Shown in pieces: positions 11,988 through 25,420 of a DNA stretch of 46,848 bases (position 1 is its first letter; every line of letters starts with the position of its first letter). Source of the DNA: Octopus bimaculoides (taxonomy: Eukaryota); the NCBI RefSeq assembly GCF_001194135.2, contig NC_068996.1, forward strand, positions 24,852,895 to 24,899,742, read 5' to 3'. Below the pieces are notes generated by a model. That model did not search any database. It saw only the letters and a program-made list of their open reading frames with translations, and was not told the DNA's origin. The position numbers and the translations under genes are program-made.

Positions 11988-12894
11988 TTGGGTCATCCCA
12001 TACATAATGCAGTTTTTTTTCAATTGCATGAACTAAAAGTCAAAGGGGGATGGAGTAAACTACCTGTATCAACTTGTTATAAAAGCAGGTCATAATTTTA
12101 CCTTGTACTTATTCATAGTGCAAGTGTTGAAGAGTGCAGTTCAATCTTAAGAGTTGTTTTTTCAAAGCTATAATAGAAGTGACAAAGTAGTATATTCAGC
12201 ATATTTTGCCTTTTGCGTTCTATAAAGGCAACAACACAACAGAAAGTGTGAGGAATATTAATGCAGTATATGGGGATCGGACAATAGGTGTAAGCCAGTA
12301 ACAACGGTGGTTCCAGAAATCTGAGCCAGAAACTACAGCCTAGAAGACAAGCCTCATCCTGGAAGATCTGTAGAGCTCAATGAGGATGTCCTGCAAACCC
12401 TGGTGGAACAAAATCCCATCATAACTGTTGAGGAACTGGCAGAGAAGCTTGGATTTGGTCATTCAACCATTCATCAACACCTGCGTTCCATTGGAAAAGT
12501 CAGTAAATTGGGTCAATGTGTTCTGAGCCTAATCCTTGGCCACATACACCGAGGATGACATTCCAAAGACTGGAGCAATTTGAATCGGAAATGATGCCCC
12601 ACCCATTATATTCACCAGACACTGCCCCATCTGATTATCATTTATTCCACAGTCTTCAAAATCATTTGGATGGAAAAAAAGAATTCTGTAGATGAGGTCA
12701 GAACAGTACTGGGGGATATTTTTTGTCATGGACAAGTGAATTTTGGAAGAGGGGCCTTACAAGTCTACCAGATAGATGGAAGAGCATTGTAGAAAATGAA
12801 GGAGAGTATATTTTAGATTAAAAAAGAACTTTGTTTATCTTAATTTTGAAAAATAAATGAAGTATAAAAAAAACTGCATTATTCATGGGATGAC

Positions 12895-12898
<4 letters not shown>
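11988..12898 (+). mobile_element. Internally deleted mariner (DD34D-type) transposon
   Basis: TIRs ttgggtcatcccatacataatgcagtttt / aaaactgcattattcatgggatgacccaa with TA on both sides. Decayed transposase: IQHILPFAFYKGNN...RWFQK; EDKPHPGRSVELNEDVLQTLVEQNP...EELAEKLG...KLGQCV (WVP-motif region); PHPLYSPDTAPSDYHLF. The middle of the catalytic domain is missing. Confidence 0.92.
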
Positions 12899-12941
<43 letters not shown>

Positions 12942-13278
12942 ATGTATATGTATATATATATTATGTATTGAATCTTTATATATTCTTATACCTATTGCCA
13001 CTACCTCTGGAAATATATATTAACCCTGTGTATTTATTTTTTATATTCACTTTGAAGATTTTTTTTTCCATTAAATCCCTCCACAATTTGTAGTTGATAT
13101 ATTGGTCATGCAGTTCCATTTCCTTCTTACAGTTTATAAGCTATAAAACACACACCCAAATTGTTTAAGATCTTTGGGTGGTTTTGGTTTATTTCTCTTG
13201 TTGTCTTATTTAATTTGTTTGTGATTCTCTGTAGAATTCCCTGCTTTTTGAATGCCACTGTCTGAAATTTTAAAATCT

Positions 13279-13515
13279 TCAATTTTTAAAGAAGTTATTT
13301 CCTTTTTTTCCCCTCTTTTTGTTACTTTTATGACGTAATGGACAAGCATAAAAGTTTACTTTTGAAGTTGCAAGGCTTTGGTGTTCATTGTCATCATAAA
13401 ATATTTCATTGTCACAGAGAGTGGCTCTGAGACTTTGTACTCCTAAACTGTCTCTCTCTCTTGATACCTGATGTCTCCCCAAGTCTAGTTCATTTAGAAG
13501 GGCTTCAACAGAATA
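13279..13515 (-). CDS. Candidate exon, phase 0, 78 aa (YSVEALLNELDLGRHQVSRERDSLGVQSLRATLCDNEIFYDD...), unknown gene
   Basis: Acceptor aaattaacttgcag|TAT at 13516-13517; one of the longest non-repeat, non-TE open frames in the window; an internal donor CAG|GTATCA at 13468/13467 could instead give a 48-nt internal exon. Confidence 0.45.
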   Translation of the reverse strand, partial: YSVEALLNELDLGRHQVSRERDSLGVQSLRATLCDNEIFYDDNEHQSLATSKVNFYACPLRHKSNKKRGKKGNNFFKN

Positions 13516-14007
13516 CTGCAAGTTAATTTATTTTACAGTGCTGTAAACATTGTAAATATCATTAAAAAAATTGTTCGCAATTAATTAACAGTGTAAAACT
13601 TATCTGGGCAGTTATTTGCCAAATATTTTGCATATTCAAGGTACCTATTTACAACAAAGGACAGTGAATCATCAACGTTAAGTATATCAGTATGGACACA
13701 GTCAAGGGTATCAATAGCATAACATAAAACAGTTTTAATGAGATTTGTATGTAACCTTTATAGCCTAATAGTTTTCATCCTTGGTTACTACCAGGGTACT
13801 ATGGAATTCATTTCATTCATCAAATAATTCTTCCCTGCTTTTGTTTACTGCTGTTGATAATGTGTATGTTGAGCAAACAATTATGCATGTATGTTTGTTT
13901 ATCAAAAGGTATGTCAAGGTTTTGAATTAAAAACTTATTTCAGTGCTGCCTTGGTTATTGTATGTGAGTGTGTGAATGTATTTGTATATAGATATGTGCA
14001 ATGTGAA

Positions 14008-14300
14008 AGCATGTGCTGAGTGGTTATGGTATAAGGTTCATGATCATAAGATCATGAGTTTGATTCCTGGATTTGGCAGTTCGTTGTGTCCTCAAGTAAG
14101 GCTTGTCATTTCACATTTGTTTCTGTCAATTCAACTGAAAATGAGTTCCAACCAAGTGCTGGTGCTGCACTCTCTCCCTCTAGCTGTCACAACCATGATA
14201 TCCCATCAAGTCAGTGGGCTGGAAGAGCTGAGAGAGTGTACCTGTATCAGCTCATAACTATATAGGCGCCTAAAAAAACAATTAGCAAAAACATGGTACA
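14008..14300 (+). mobile_element. Old tRNA-headed SINE, possibly CORE-type
   Basis: gctgagtggtta (A box), gagtttgattcctgg (B box), then tgtgtcctcaagtaag...catttcac resembling the CORE domain. Confidence 0.55.
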
Positions 14301-15399
14301 CATGCCTGGTTGTATGCATTTGTGAGCAACAGCTATGGTCATATATGTAATTGCAGCTATTAATAGATAACTTATACTAATACACCAATAATTAAAAATA
14401 TTTAGTCTTCTTCCAGCATCTTTATCTTTTTTGTATGATTAAGAAAAATCTGTTATGTCTCAGGACAAGTTCCACTCGAAATTGTGAATTGAATTCAAGT
14501 AACAATGAAAAGAAACAAAATGTTAAGACCAAAGAAAATTTACAATGCAATAAAATTTAGCAACAAGAAGGAATAAAATATAGATATTCAGTTTTCATGC
14601 AGCAAGAATGTTTTGTTTTGAATTTAAAGCTACTTTCATCAATTCAAGTTCACATTTGTTATGTTTAAAGATTTAATAAAAAAATTTTTTTGATATATTT
14701 TGTAATAGCTACTTGTTAAGTTACACTAAGAGACAAAGTTTCAGTTCTGGGAGCTTAATCAATAAAATGGAACCTTAAACATACATACAGAGTATTTTAG
14801 TTTTTAAAGATGTATAACATACAATTTGTATAGGTATTTGGTAATTTGAAATGTTTAACGCGGGCACATATATACTTGTTATCTTTTGTTTTTCCAGTAA
14901 ATGTTGCAAATATTAAAATAGAAAAAAAAGTCTTCTCATTTCGTTAACAATGTAAAACTTATCTTGGCAGTTATTTGCCACATTTTCAATTTTTTACACA
15001 CCATTAATTCCAAATATCTCCCTCTCTCTCTGTCTGTCTCTCTCTCTCTGTATACACACACATACATATGGTATTTCTTTCAGAGTTATATGTTGTGTGA
15101 CTTTTTCCCTTGGATTTTGTGTTCTTTATTTTTCAAATAAAGCTGAAGTGTGTGTGTGGTATGGAATGAGACTTATGTTCAATGTATTATAAAACAGTGC
15201 TAGCTATGCAGTGGCCACTCAAAGAAAATAGTAATAATAATATTTTTATTGGCCTTCACCCCACACGTGTATCTATCTAGGTATGCTGGAACTCATAGTA
15301 TAGCAAACTCTTTCAATTCTATTTTTCATTGCAATGATGAGTTTGTTAGAGTGAAACAGTACTATAATTGTAGCAGTCAATTATAATTTTACAATGAGC

Positions 15400-15443
<44 letters not shown>

Positions 15444-17307
15444 TAATATTCTAGAGTTGCACTTGTTTAACATATACCACATTGATGCATGTTAAGACAA
15501 AAACCATTTTCATCACAGCAAAATTATTGCAGCCATTAAAAAGCACATATATACTCTTATGTTCACTTTTGTTTTGTTATTCTAATGGTGAATATTTTTT
15601 ATAATATAAGTCACTACTCCAAACACAATAGGTTTATAGAACACTATAAATTATTTCCTTACACACACTACACGTACATAATCATAGAAGAAGATGGGAA
15701 AATATTTATAAGTTTTCACCTGTGGAAATTGAACCTCAAATCTGCCATAAACTGTTTGGCCTTGCTAACCACTACAGTAAAGCAACCCTCGCTCTGTGTA
15801 TGTTTGTGTGTCAGTTCATATAGAGCTCAAATATTAGTGTTTTTTCCTTTCAAAAATGAAACAGAAGGTTGATGTAGGGTTTTAAAGTATTGGTTTCCCT
15901 ACATATTTTATGAATTTCTTTGCTTATATTTTGATATTTAGTATTTATTTAAAAACTACATTTTTCTTCTGCTTTTAAAACAAATATTCATACTCTTCTG
16001 AATGTAAGTAAACAAACAAGGCTTCAGGGAAATTGCTGTAGTTGTGATATGTCAGAAATATAACCCATCTCTATATCACTTTTTTTTTCTTTCACCCTTC
16101 CTCTAACCTGTCTGTTCCTGGAATCAAAATGCTGCTGTACTGATGATGTCTATTGAGGCAGAAACGTGTGCCCTTAGCTGTACTCTTGTCTCAGAAAAAA
16201 TCAGACTCTTCTTTTTTTTTGCTTTAATGAATTTTCAATTCAGAAAAATTTTTCATGTTTGAGATTATCTCCCTTTCTCATTTGGAGGCAGTCCCTGTTG
16301 CCACTAGGCTGTTGTTCACCTTAGAAAGTGAACATACAAGAATTTATCTTGTATGTTATTTAATATACCTTTATTAGTCTTTGTTCAAATGCTTAGTACC
16401 AGTCACCCTATACCATTTCTCTTAGCTTATCTTAATTTTAATTATATATGTATGTATGTATATATATGTAGATGCATGCATGTATGTATTTTCGTGATAC
16501 ACTGACATATATATCTTATTGTTTCATCTGTCCTGTCCAAGCCTGTTAATTATTTTGTAATATGAACAAATAATTACTTATATGACTTAACTGAATTAAT
16601 TTTTAATTAAATTTCTATTATCTCTTTGAATTTAGAAGACAACACAACTCAACAACAAAGTTTCTATATAATTTCTTTTGAAATGGTATATCTATTAAAG
16701 ATAAAAAAAAAAAAGATTGTCCAAAAAAAAAAATCAATAAATAAAAGGCAGCAAGCACTGATATGTGTCTTATTCTGAACCTACTGTACAGAGTCCTTAC
16801 CTTTGTAATGGCTATATTACTTTAATTACCTACATTATTCTCAGTATCTCACTAATAACAATATATATATATATTTTTTTTTAATAACTTAGCCAAAGAA
16901 CAAAGGTCAATGCCAATGACCTTTTTTTTTTTTGCTGACCTCTGGGACTTGTGGGAGGAAGTTATCCTCATACTAGAGACCTGGCCAAAATGCTTGCAAC
17001 AGAATGGTCACTGTTAAATACACCCAAGGGCTAGGTGGTTGTGTTAAACCAGGCAATGGGTTATAACTACACTGCTGTCATTACCTGCTAATGATCACAT
17101 TACGTTCTAATAACTACAATACTGTCATTCTCCTCCTTTCAATGACTACATTACTGTTCTTTTCATGTTTTTCTTTACTTTTCCTTATCCCAATTGATTT
17201 AACCCTCATCCTAGTGTGTGTGTATGTAAGTATATATATATATATAATACAGTATGTGTGTGGTGTGTGTAAATATGTGTGTGTGTATGTGTTCATTAAA
17301 CTTTTAC

Positions 17308-17356
17308 TGACAGTCTGATGAAGATGAGGGAAACCAAAGCTTCAAAGTCACTGTCA
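17308..17356 (+). ncRNA. Degenerate type I hammerhead-like motif
   Basis: tgacagt-CTGATGA-...-GTC-actgtca: a perfect 7-bp stem I directly next to the CUGAUGA core and a GUC triplet; stem II is not intact. Confidence 0.45.
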
Positions 17357-17382
17357 AGACTAAAACATTCATACACACACAT

Positions 17383-17425
<43 letters not shown>

Positions 17426-17669
17426 ATGTATGTATATATGAATGTGTGCATGTATGTATACTTATGCTTGTCTGTGTAATGATTCATGTGTTGTTTAATT
17501 TGGCTGGATTACTGTCAGAAATATGCTGAAGTGGTCAATGTGTATACTATAGTGTATGTGTGTGTGTATATATATATATAGACTTTCTCTATTCCCGAGC
17601 GTTAAACTAATGCATCCTTTTGTTGTTTACACCACCTGTCCTCGTCTGTTGTTTTTTTCGTAAATTCTC

Positions 17670-17715
<46 letters not shown>

Positions 17716-17940
17716 TATATTTAAATGTAATTTTGATGTGTTTTGTAATATCATGTAAATATTATGTTGCTAGAACAAAAATGAAATCCTTAAAATATTA
17801 AAATAATTCAATCATTTATTATTGTGCCTTAATTTGGTTGTTAGTTTTTGGACACATATTCATTTCTGACCTTCACGCCACCCTCATGTCATCCCCACTT
17901 CACAGCACCTTCTCACTTTATTTTCACCAAAATTTCATTT

Positions 17941-18027
17941 TTAATTAATTGATACCAGCTTTTTTGACAATAGAATCCATAAAGTTAATTAATTGATACC
18001 AGCTTTTTGACAATAGAATCTATAAAG
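17941..18027. repeat. Two-copy tandem duplication of a 44/43-bp unit
   Basis: ttaattaattgataccagcttttttgacaatagaatccataaag followed by ttaattaattgataccagctttttgacaatagaatctataaag. Confidence 0.9.
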
Positions 18028-20937
18028 TTTTCTTGTTTATTGGTTGTTTTTGCTTCTTGTGTGTCTATAAAATATAAGTATTTTATAACATTTCTAATGA
18101 TACTGTCTGTGTGTGTGTGTGTTCATTTGTTTGAGAATACACTTTATGTAACTAAAACAAGATAATCAATTTCCATTTAGCTGTCTGCTAATGGTACCTA
18201 AAAAAAACCCCTGTTGGGGTTAAATATACCATGACATCTTAGTTGAAAGGGATCCATATTAAATACAATTAAGACTGACAGTTGCTTTTTCTGGTTGTTT
18301 TTTTTTTTATTATTATCTATGCGACACGGGTTCTAGCTCTTGAATGACTCAAAGTAATCCTATGTAACTCTAGGCTTTGGATTAATTAGTGAAGAAGATT
18401 ATAAAATTTCATTCTATTTATTATCTGTGTGTATGTATTGATGTCATTGGCTTCAATAGAGATGCCATGTCTAAATCTGCCATCCCAAATAATATGATTT
18501 TCTTTTTACTATTAGTTATTTTTATAATAACTTGTAGCCATATATAATTGCCTCTCATATATGCAGTATATCATGCTGCTGATGATGATATTGATGTTGC
18601 TTGATTGACTAATTAATTGATGATATAATATTATGGTAGAATTGATGATATAAATTATGGTAGAATGGAGTACTTTTTTCATTTTTCTCACTGACCATTT
18701 AAATGTTAAGAGAAAAAATGATGGAGGTGACATAGGTTAGAGAAGTTACATGGTACATTTTAATCTGAGTCTGTTTAAAGTAACAAAGACGGTCAGTTTT
18801 TATTTGTTGTTATGTGTGCCAGACAATGAAAGACTACCACAAGTGGTAAAATGCTATGAAACCCATCCAATCCATGCGAGCATGGAAAACTGAGCATAAA
18901 ATAGTGTTGATAACAAAGAATCAAATTGATACCAAATATGGACAATAGATTAATAAAATAGAACCTGAAAATGAGAATAATGGTGAATGTTTTTATTTGT
19001 AATTTTGTGCATGTGTGTGTGTCTAAAAGAAATTTTAGTAAAGTTATTGCTAATTATTAAATATCCAAAGTTTCTTTGGTTCAGACCCGGTGATTAACCA
19101 AGATTTTGAAATTGATGAAGTCTGGATTTGTAAGGTTTAAAGATACGCCTTAATAGAGTGCTGGTCTTCACCATCACACTATATGGAATATATTTTACTA
19201 GTCTTTACTAGTAGTTTGTTTTGTACTGCTACCTTCACCATCAATGTGTGAAGAGAAGTATTTACATGGCAGCATGAAAAGAAAGCAGAATATTTTCTGC
19301 TTCAAAATCAGCATTCAAACGTGTGTGGGTTTGTTTGCAAAAGATGAAAACAAATTGGTATTGACATGAGTTTCTAATTGTCATTTATTTTTAACAACTT
19401 GAGTTGTTTCTCTTTTCTTTTTGTTTTGGACCACTATGATTATGTTATCGTATGACCATCCCCAGTAATCAGTGGAACATTAAGTGCTGTACTATTGAAC
19501 TCTTTGGCTAAAAGCCTTGTGTCCAACAAGATTTACGGGCTGCTCAATTTATTGCATACATTGCTAATTCCTATCAATTCTTGGAAAAATTTCTGAGTTT
19601 ACAGAAACTCATGAGATTTGTGCTATGAGGGAGAAATGCTGTTGTGCCGTTGAGAGCAATCTGTTGTTGCAACTGAAAGTCAATCCTTTTACTCACTGCA
19701 GCATTTTTGGTGATTAATTTCCAGTCAGGTATGGCTACCACTTTAGAATTAAACGTTAATCAACATTAATGAAGAGTGTGTCTGTAGACCATGATTTTGG
19801 TTATAATGGTATGCCATATATTTACTTAACTTTCAAACATCAAATATCAATTTAGATAGACTGATATTTAATAATCTTTACAATCTGCTTTATAGCAAAG
19901 GCAAAAAATATATTTCCTTTTAAGAGCGTTCATATTTTACTGTGAGATTAATTGGATGACTTATATGTTGTTTAGTCTATGACATTATTAGCTAAATCAT
20001 TGGTTAAGTTAACCAAATATACATCCTTTATATTTTTGCTTTTTTTTTCTTTTTTTTTCAATCTTTAAATTGAAGTAGTATCCTAACTCCATTAAGGCAG
20101 AATTTGTATTGCTTGTCAAATTTAGTTTGTTGCAACCATGTATGAAAAGACTGGAGCATTGTATTGTTGGTCACATTGAGTTCTATCATTTGACTATGTA
20201 AAAATAACTATACTGCCAAGCTGATGGCAGACTATTGGCTTTAACACTGTCATGGAAAGTTATGAATAAAGTACATGCATTAACATTCTCGGGTCTGAAA
20301 ACACTTCTGCAGTGTTAAAATAGGAAAAGTCATTGTATGCAAAATGTATTTCATGAAGTCTTACTGTCTTCAGTCATCGTAATTTTCTCCATTTAGCTGT
20401 TTGGGCAATAATTGGTGTCCTTCAATTGAAAAAAAAAAGAAAAGAAAAAAAAATTGCTTTCAATAATACTGTCTTGTTTACATAAGCCAGTAGTTTCTAG
20501 TTAAATGTAAAATATTGTGCATGTATGCATTCATTCATTTCTGGTGATTCTGCCAGGAAAAATCAGTGTTTCAATTACTTCAATTAATTAATGTGTAGCA
20601 TTATTAAAAGTTTAGACTTAATTAGTTGCTCTACAATTATTACTAGTCTGCTTTATTGTACCAAACTTCCATCTCTGTTATATATATATAGTGGAGTAGG
20701 GTATTCTCATGAAGCAAGAACAACTATCTTGGAATACTGTATCATAAATATTAACATTTGATTTTTCCAAAATCTGTTTCCTTCAGTATTAAATAATTAT
20801 TTTTTCTTACAATTTTGTTCTTAATTGTTATACTTATTATTAAGAAATCCATCAATATTCTTGGAAGCCTTGTTTAAACTTCAGGAGTATTTTATTATTA
20901 TTTTTATTAATTATTATTATTATTATCATCATCATCA

Positions 20938-20973
<36 letters not shown>

Positions 20974-20974
<1 letters not shown>

Positions 20975-21183
20975 GGTAAGCTGGCAGAATTGTTAACATG
21001 TTGGGAAAAATACTTAGCTACATTTCTTCCAGCTGAGTTCAAATTCCACTGAGGTTGACTCTACCTTTCATCTCATCCGTTTGGGGTTGATAAAGTAAGT
21101 ACCAGTCAAGGACTGAGGTCACTGTAATTGACTTGTCCCCCACCAAATTTCAGGCTTTGTGCCTATAGTAGCTATTATTGTTG

Positions 21184-21244
<61 letters not shown>

Positions 21245-21469
21245 CCAAAGGCGGCAAGCTAGCAGAATCATTAGCATGCCAGGTAAAATGCTTAGTGGCA
21301 TTTCATCCATCTTTTATGTTCTGAGTTCAAATTCCAACGAGGTTGACTTTGCCTTTCATCCTTTCAGGGTCAGTAAAATAAGTACCAGTTGAACACTGGG
21401 GTCGATGTAATCGACTTGTCTCCTACCCCCAAATTGCTGCCCTTCTGGCAAAATTTGAAACCATTATTA

Positions 21470-21500
<31 letters not shown>
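20974..21500 (+). mobile_element. Two head-to-tail copies of the ATT-tailed tRNA-derived SINE
   Basis: ggtaagctggcagaattgttaacatg... and aaggcggcaagctagcagaatcattagcatgcc..., each ending in long (ATT)n and preceded by an (ATT/ATC)n tract. Confidence 0.85.
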
Positions 21501-22649
21501 CAAAGGAATTTGACTTGTTTGTTTTGTAATTGCTTGTAGGATGTAACTATATATATTATAATATGCATAGTTATCTACAGGTGGATATATATATATATAT
21601 ATATATATATATTCTTTTATATGTTTCAGCCTTGAGGCTGTGGCCATGCTGGGGCTATATATATATATATATATATATATATTTGAATTTCCTACCTCTC
21701 CTCTTTTCTCTTAAATTTTGTTTGTGATTATATATTATTACATGTTTGTGTACATATGTATATAAGCTCTACCATCTTTAGATATTTTTTCTTGCTCAGA
21801 GTAAAAAAAAACTAAAGATGTATGTATATATTTCCTTCTTGATTATCAACTCTTAAAATATACACTATTTTTTAGCTAATTTTTGTTTTTTCCATAGTTT
21901 AATGACATTTAATTTGTAAATGATAACTGCTATCAAGTAGTCTTAAAAAAAGAAATGAATTTCACTTTTTAATATTTGTTGGATGTTTTTGATTTGTTGT
22001 TTAATAGCTAATGGCTCATAACAGAATGTTTTGTAGTTCACAAAAGTTTTTGCCGAAAATCCTATTTTTCTGAAGAACATAAATGTTTCTGCTCTACTCC
22101 ATCAAACAATGGTATTGCACATTGTCCCATTTTGCTCTAAGTTTATTTTCTGAGAATGACATTTGTTATGGTTTTTATTTTTTTCCTTGAATTTAAAATG
22201 TCGGTAAATTTATATTTTCTTTTTTTTTCTTCATTTAGAATTTTGATGAAGTCTTAAATATCTTGTTTAAGCCTTAGGTGACTCAGGACTTGAGATGTTG
22301 CAAAGATTTTCTCTTTGCAATTATTGGAGGCCATTTTGGTGATATTTGTGAATTTAACAATTGAAAGAGAGATTTATATTATATAACCATAGTAAAGAGT
22401 GGCTTTATATGACCTTATTGTCCACTGATTATCAACAGGCATAGACAACATGCCATATTTTATCCTGAAACAGTTCTGACAAAACTATTAAAGTACCTCT
22501 CTACCATCACCTACACAGAATGATGAAAGCAAATGTGTAATTCACATTTAGAGAAAGAAACATTTCTGACTGTTAATGTTGATCCTTCTTACTTTCACTT
22601 TTAAAACTAAACTTGTATACAGATATCTATCATTTCCATGTGTTATTTC

Positions 22650-23030
22650 TTTTTTATTGAATTATTATTTCTTTCACTAAACTATTCGTTATTAGTTATT
22701 CTTAATGAATTATGTCTAATAAGTCACTGACCTACACATTGTTAGTTTATTCCAATTTAAGTAAATCTTATTTCATTAAACTACATACTGCTAGTTAGTC
22801 CAACTGAATTATGACACCATTTCATTATTTAGTCCTGTTAAAATATATAACTATTTATTATTCCTAATCAATTATCACTGATTTAACTAAACTACAAACA
22901 AGTAGTCATTCCAATTGAGTTATTACTTATTTCATTAAACTACACAGTGTTAGTTATTCTTATTAATTTATATTTCACTAAACTATGCACTGTTAATTAT
23001 TATTTATTTCACTAATTACACAGTTATTCC
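22650..23030. repeat. Degenerate AT-rich minisatellite
   Basis: Recurrent atttca(c/t)taaactac...gttagtt motif at irregular spacing; similar texture at 8200-8470. Confidence 0.5.
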
Positions 23031-23230
23031 TATCCATTTCTAAGTTTCTTTGTTGTTTTTTATATTTGTTGCTAATTGCCATTTTATCATCTCAATCACA
23101 ATTTATCAGCTGTTAATATATAAACATTTCAAGCCTTTTTAATCACAAACCATTTAAGTAATATTTGCATTTATTGTAATTTTCATTGGCCGAGTAAGTC
23201 CTTTTTTGCTGGTAGGCACATAGAAGTGGA

Positions 23231-23601
23231 TCAACCCTTTTGTTACGTTAATTCAGTTGAAATATTCTTCCTTTGATTCAATTAATTTTGAATATAATGA
23301 AGAATATAGTAAAATAACTTTGTCATTATTTCTCTAATGTTTAGAACATAAATTAACATGAAATTTTGATGGAAGGTTTTATTAGATCACTTAAGCTCTT
23401 TTGTTACCAAATTTCTATTGGATTACACTGCCTTTGTTTCAATTAGTTTTGAAAATAATGAAGAATTTAGTAAGCTAGGGTTCAGAACATAAATTAACAT
23501 GAAATTTTGGTAGAAAGTTTTAATTTAGTTCACTTTAAAACAAGAAGTTTGAATTGTAGAACGAAGGGTGATCCCTGGTAGGTTAGTATCACAAGGGTTA
23601 G
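23231..23601. mobile_element. Two fused piggyBac-like MITE units of the 6130-6698 family
   Basis: tcaacccttttgttac start, aagggtta end, internal aacataaattaacatgaaatttt present twice. Confidence 0.65.
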
Positions 23602-25328
23602 TAATCTTGATCTTGTGGTTTGAAATATACATCATTGTTGGTCTGTACTTCTAGGTATTTCATCAATTAAAGGAATTAACCACATCCATGTTTAACCTGG
23701 ACATTGTTTGGTCCTATTCCTCTCTCATCTCACATAGTAATGCTGTCATGTGATGTTTTTATGAATGGGAGAATACATTATGTAACAATATAATGACATT
23801 GTGAATCTTTAATTAAACATTGCAAAAAAAATTTTTTCTGTTTTTTTTTTACTATATAGCAGTTAATAAATTCTTCAAAAGATAAAATAAACAACTACTG
23901 CTAAATTACTAAAGAATTTTTTTCTTCCTGTGTTAATTGTAATAATTGTTAAGGTTATACTGCATTTTTTTGATTGCTTGACAATATTTCAAGGATTGTG
24001 ATATTATGCCTTATTGAAGAAGTTTAGATTTTTATATTTTATAAGAAATTTAAGAAAATTGTCCAAAATTACTTTCAAGTTACTAATTGTTGAAATTTAT
24101 ATTTTATTTACTTGCATTTATTGAAGCTATTTTTATTTAGTTTTTTTCCAACTACATTTAGTTCTTCAGAAATTTCCTAAAATATATGGTTATAGTTTGG
24201 TAGAGCTGTTGTCACAGTTCTTAATTTTTTTCCTTTTACTTCATAATTTATGGCAGTAGTATCAGCAAATGTCCTTGTCTGGTGATCTGGTGCAGATTAA
24301 TATTTTTTTGTCTCGTCTTTCTAATCAATATATAAATTTGGAAATGTATAAATGAAATGGAGTGTAATATTTTTTATTTCTTTGGTAAAAAAAAAAAAAA
24401 ATCTATTAATTACAACATTCCTTAAAATTTTGTAATTAATGATTTGTAATTATTTACTTGTAAAATACAATTTATTTTTTAAGCTTCATTCTATTTCTTA
24501 AATTTATATTCCTTGTTACTTTCTTTTACTTCTTTCTTTGATTGCTTAACAATTTTATCCCCATACCCTACTCAAACTTGGTTACTTCACTTTATATAAA
24601 TGGAAGTTAACCTACTAATAAGGAGGATCCAAAAAAATAATCATAAGATCACAGGCTTACAATTGTGACACAAAGAAGATAGTTTTTAACTTAATTTCAT
24701 GGTATTCTTACTCAATCTTATCAACCAATCAGCTTTCTGAAAATAAGCTAAATGGTTAATTCTTCAAATTTACTTGAAACTGGGTGACTTACTCTACTGG
24801 ACTTGAAAATATGACTTCTCTTTTATGTGAGAACTTGGCTGGTTGTCAGTAGAACTAATTAATCCTTGTAAACATTAATTATAATTTTCTGATGATTGAG
24901 GCCTTTTCACTCTCAGTGTTATCGTCATGTTCCTGTGAAAAGCAAAAACCAACTATATTCACTCTATTTAACCTCAATGTAGTGGAAGAAAGCTGTGGAG
25001 GAGGGGAGAATGAATTGATGTTATTAACAAAACTATGCAAAATTCAAAGTCTTTGGTGATAGAATTAATAACTCCAGGAGTTCTGTTCTATGAAATATTT
25101 AGGGATTATTTGAATATTTTAACTTTATGAAGACTTGTTTTTGTTTTACTTATTATGCTATCCTTTTTCTGAATTTTTTCTTTTTATTCTTTAGTCTTTC
25201 CCCTCCTCCCCCATCTCTCTCGCTCTCTTTCTCTATCTCTCCCTCTCACTTTCACATATAGCTAAAAACCTTTTTTATAATGTGCCCTCAGTAAAATTTT
25301 TTGAAAGGAATTCCCAAATATACAAATT

Positions 25329-25348
25329 GACAACTGTTTATAGTAGCA

Positions 25349-25415
<67 letters not shown>
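25329..25415. repeat. (CT)n microsatellite
   Basis: Direct sequence. Confidence 0.95.

Positions 25416-25420
<5 letters not shown>

Noticed and set aside
10360-12036. Long ORFs rich in Y/I/M/C/V/H/T or X
   Set aside because: Translations of TA/TG microsatellites and N gaps; the same applies to ORFs at 25771-27403, 28083-28664 and 41953-43238.
16801-16811. Second 11-nt microexon candidate (CCATTACAAAG|gtaagg, minus strand)
   Set aside because: The acceptor lacks a pyrimidine tract; expected by chance.
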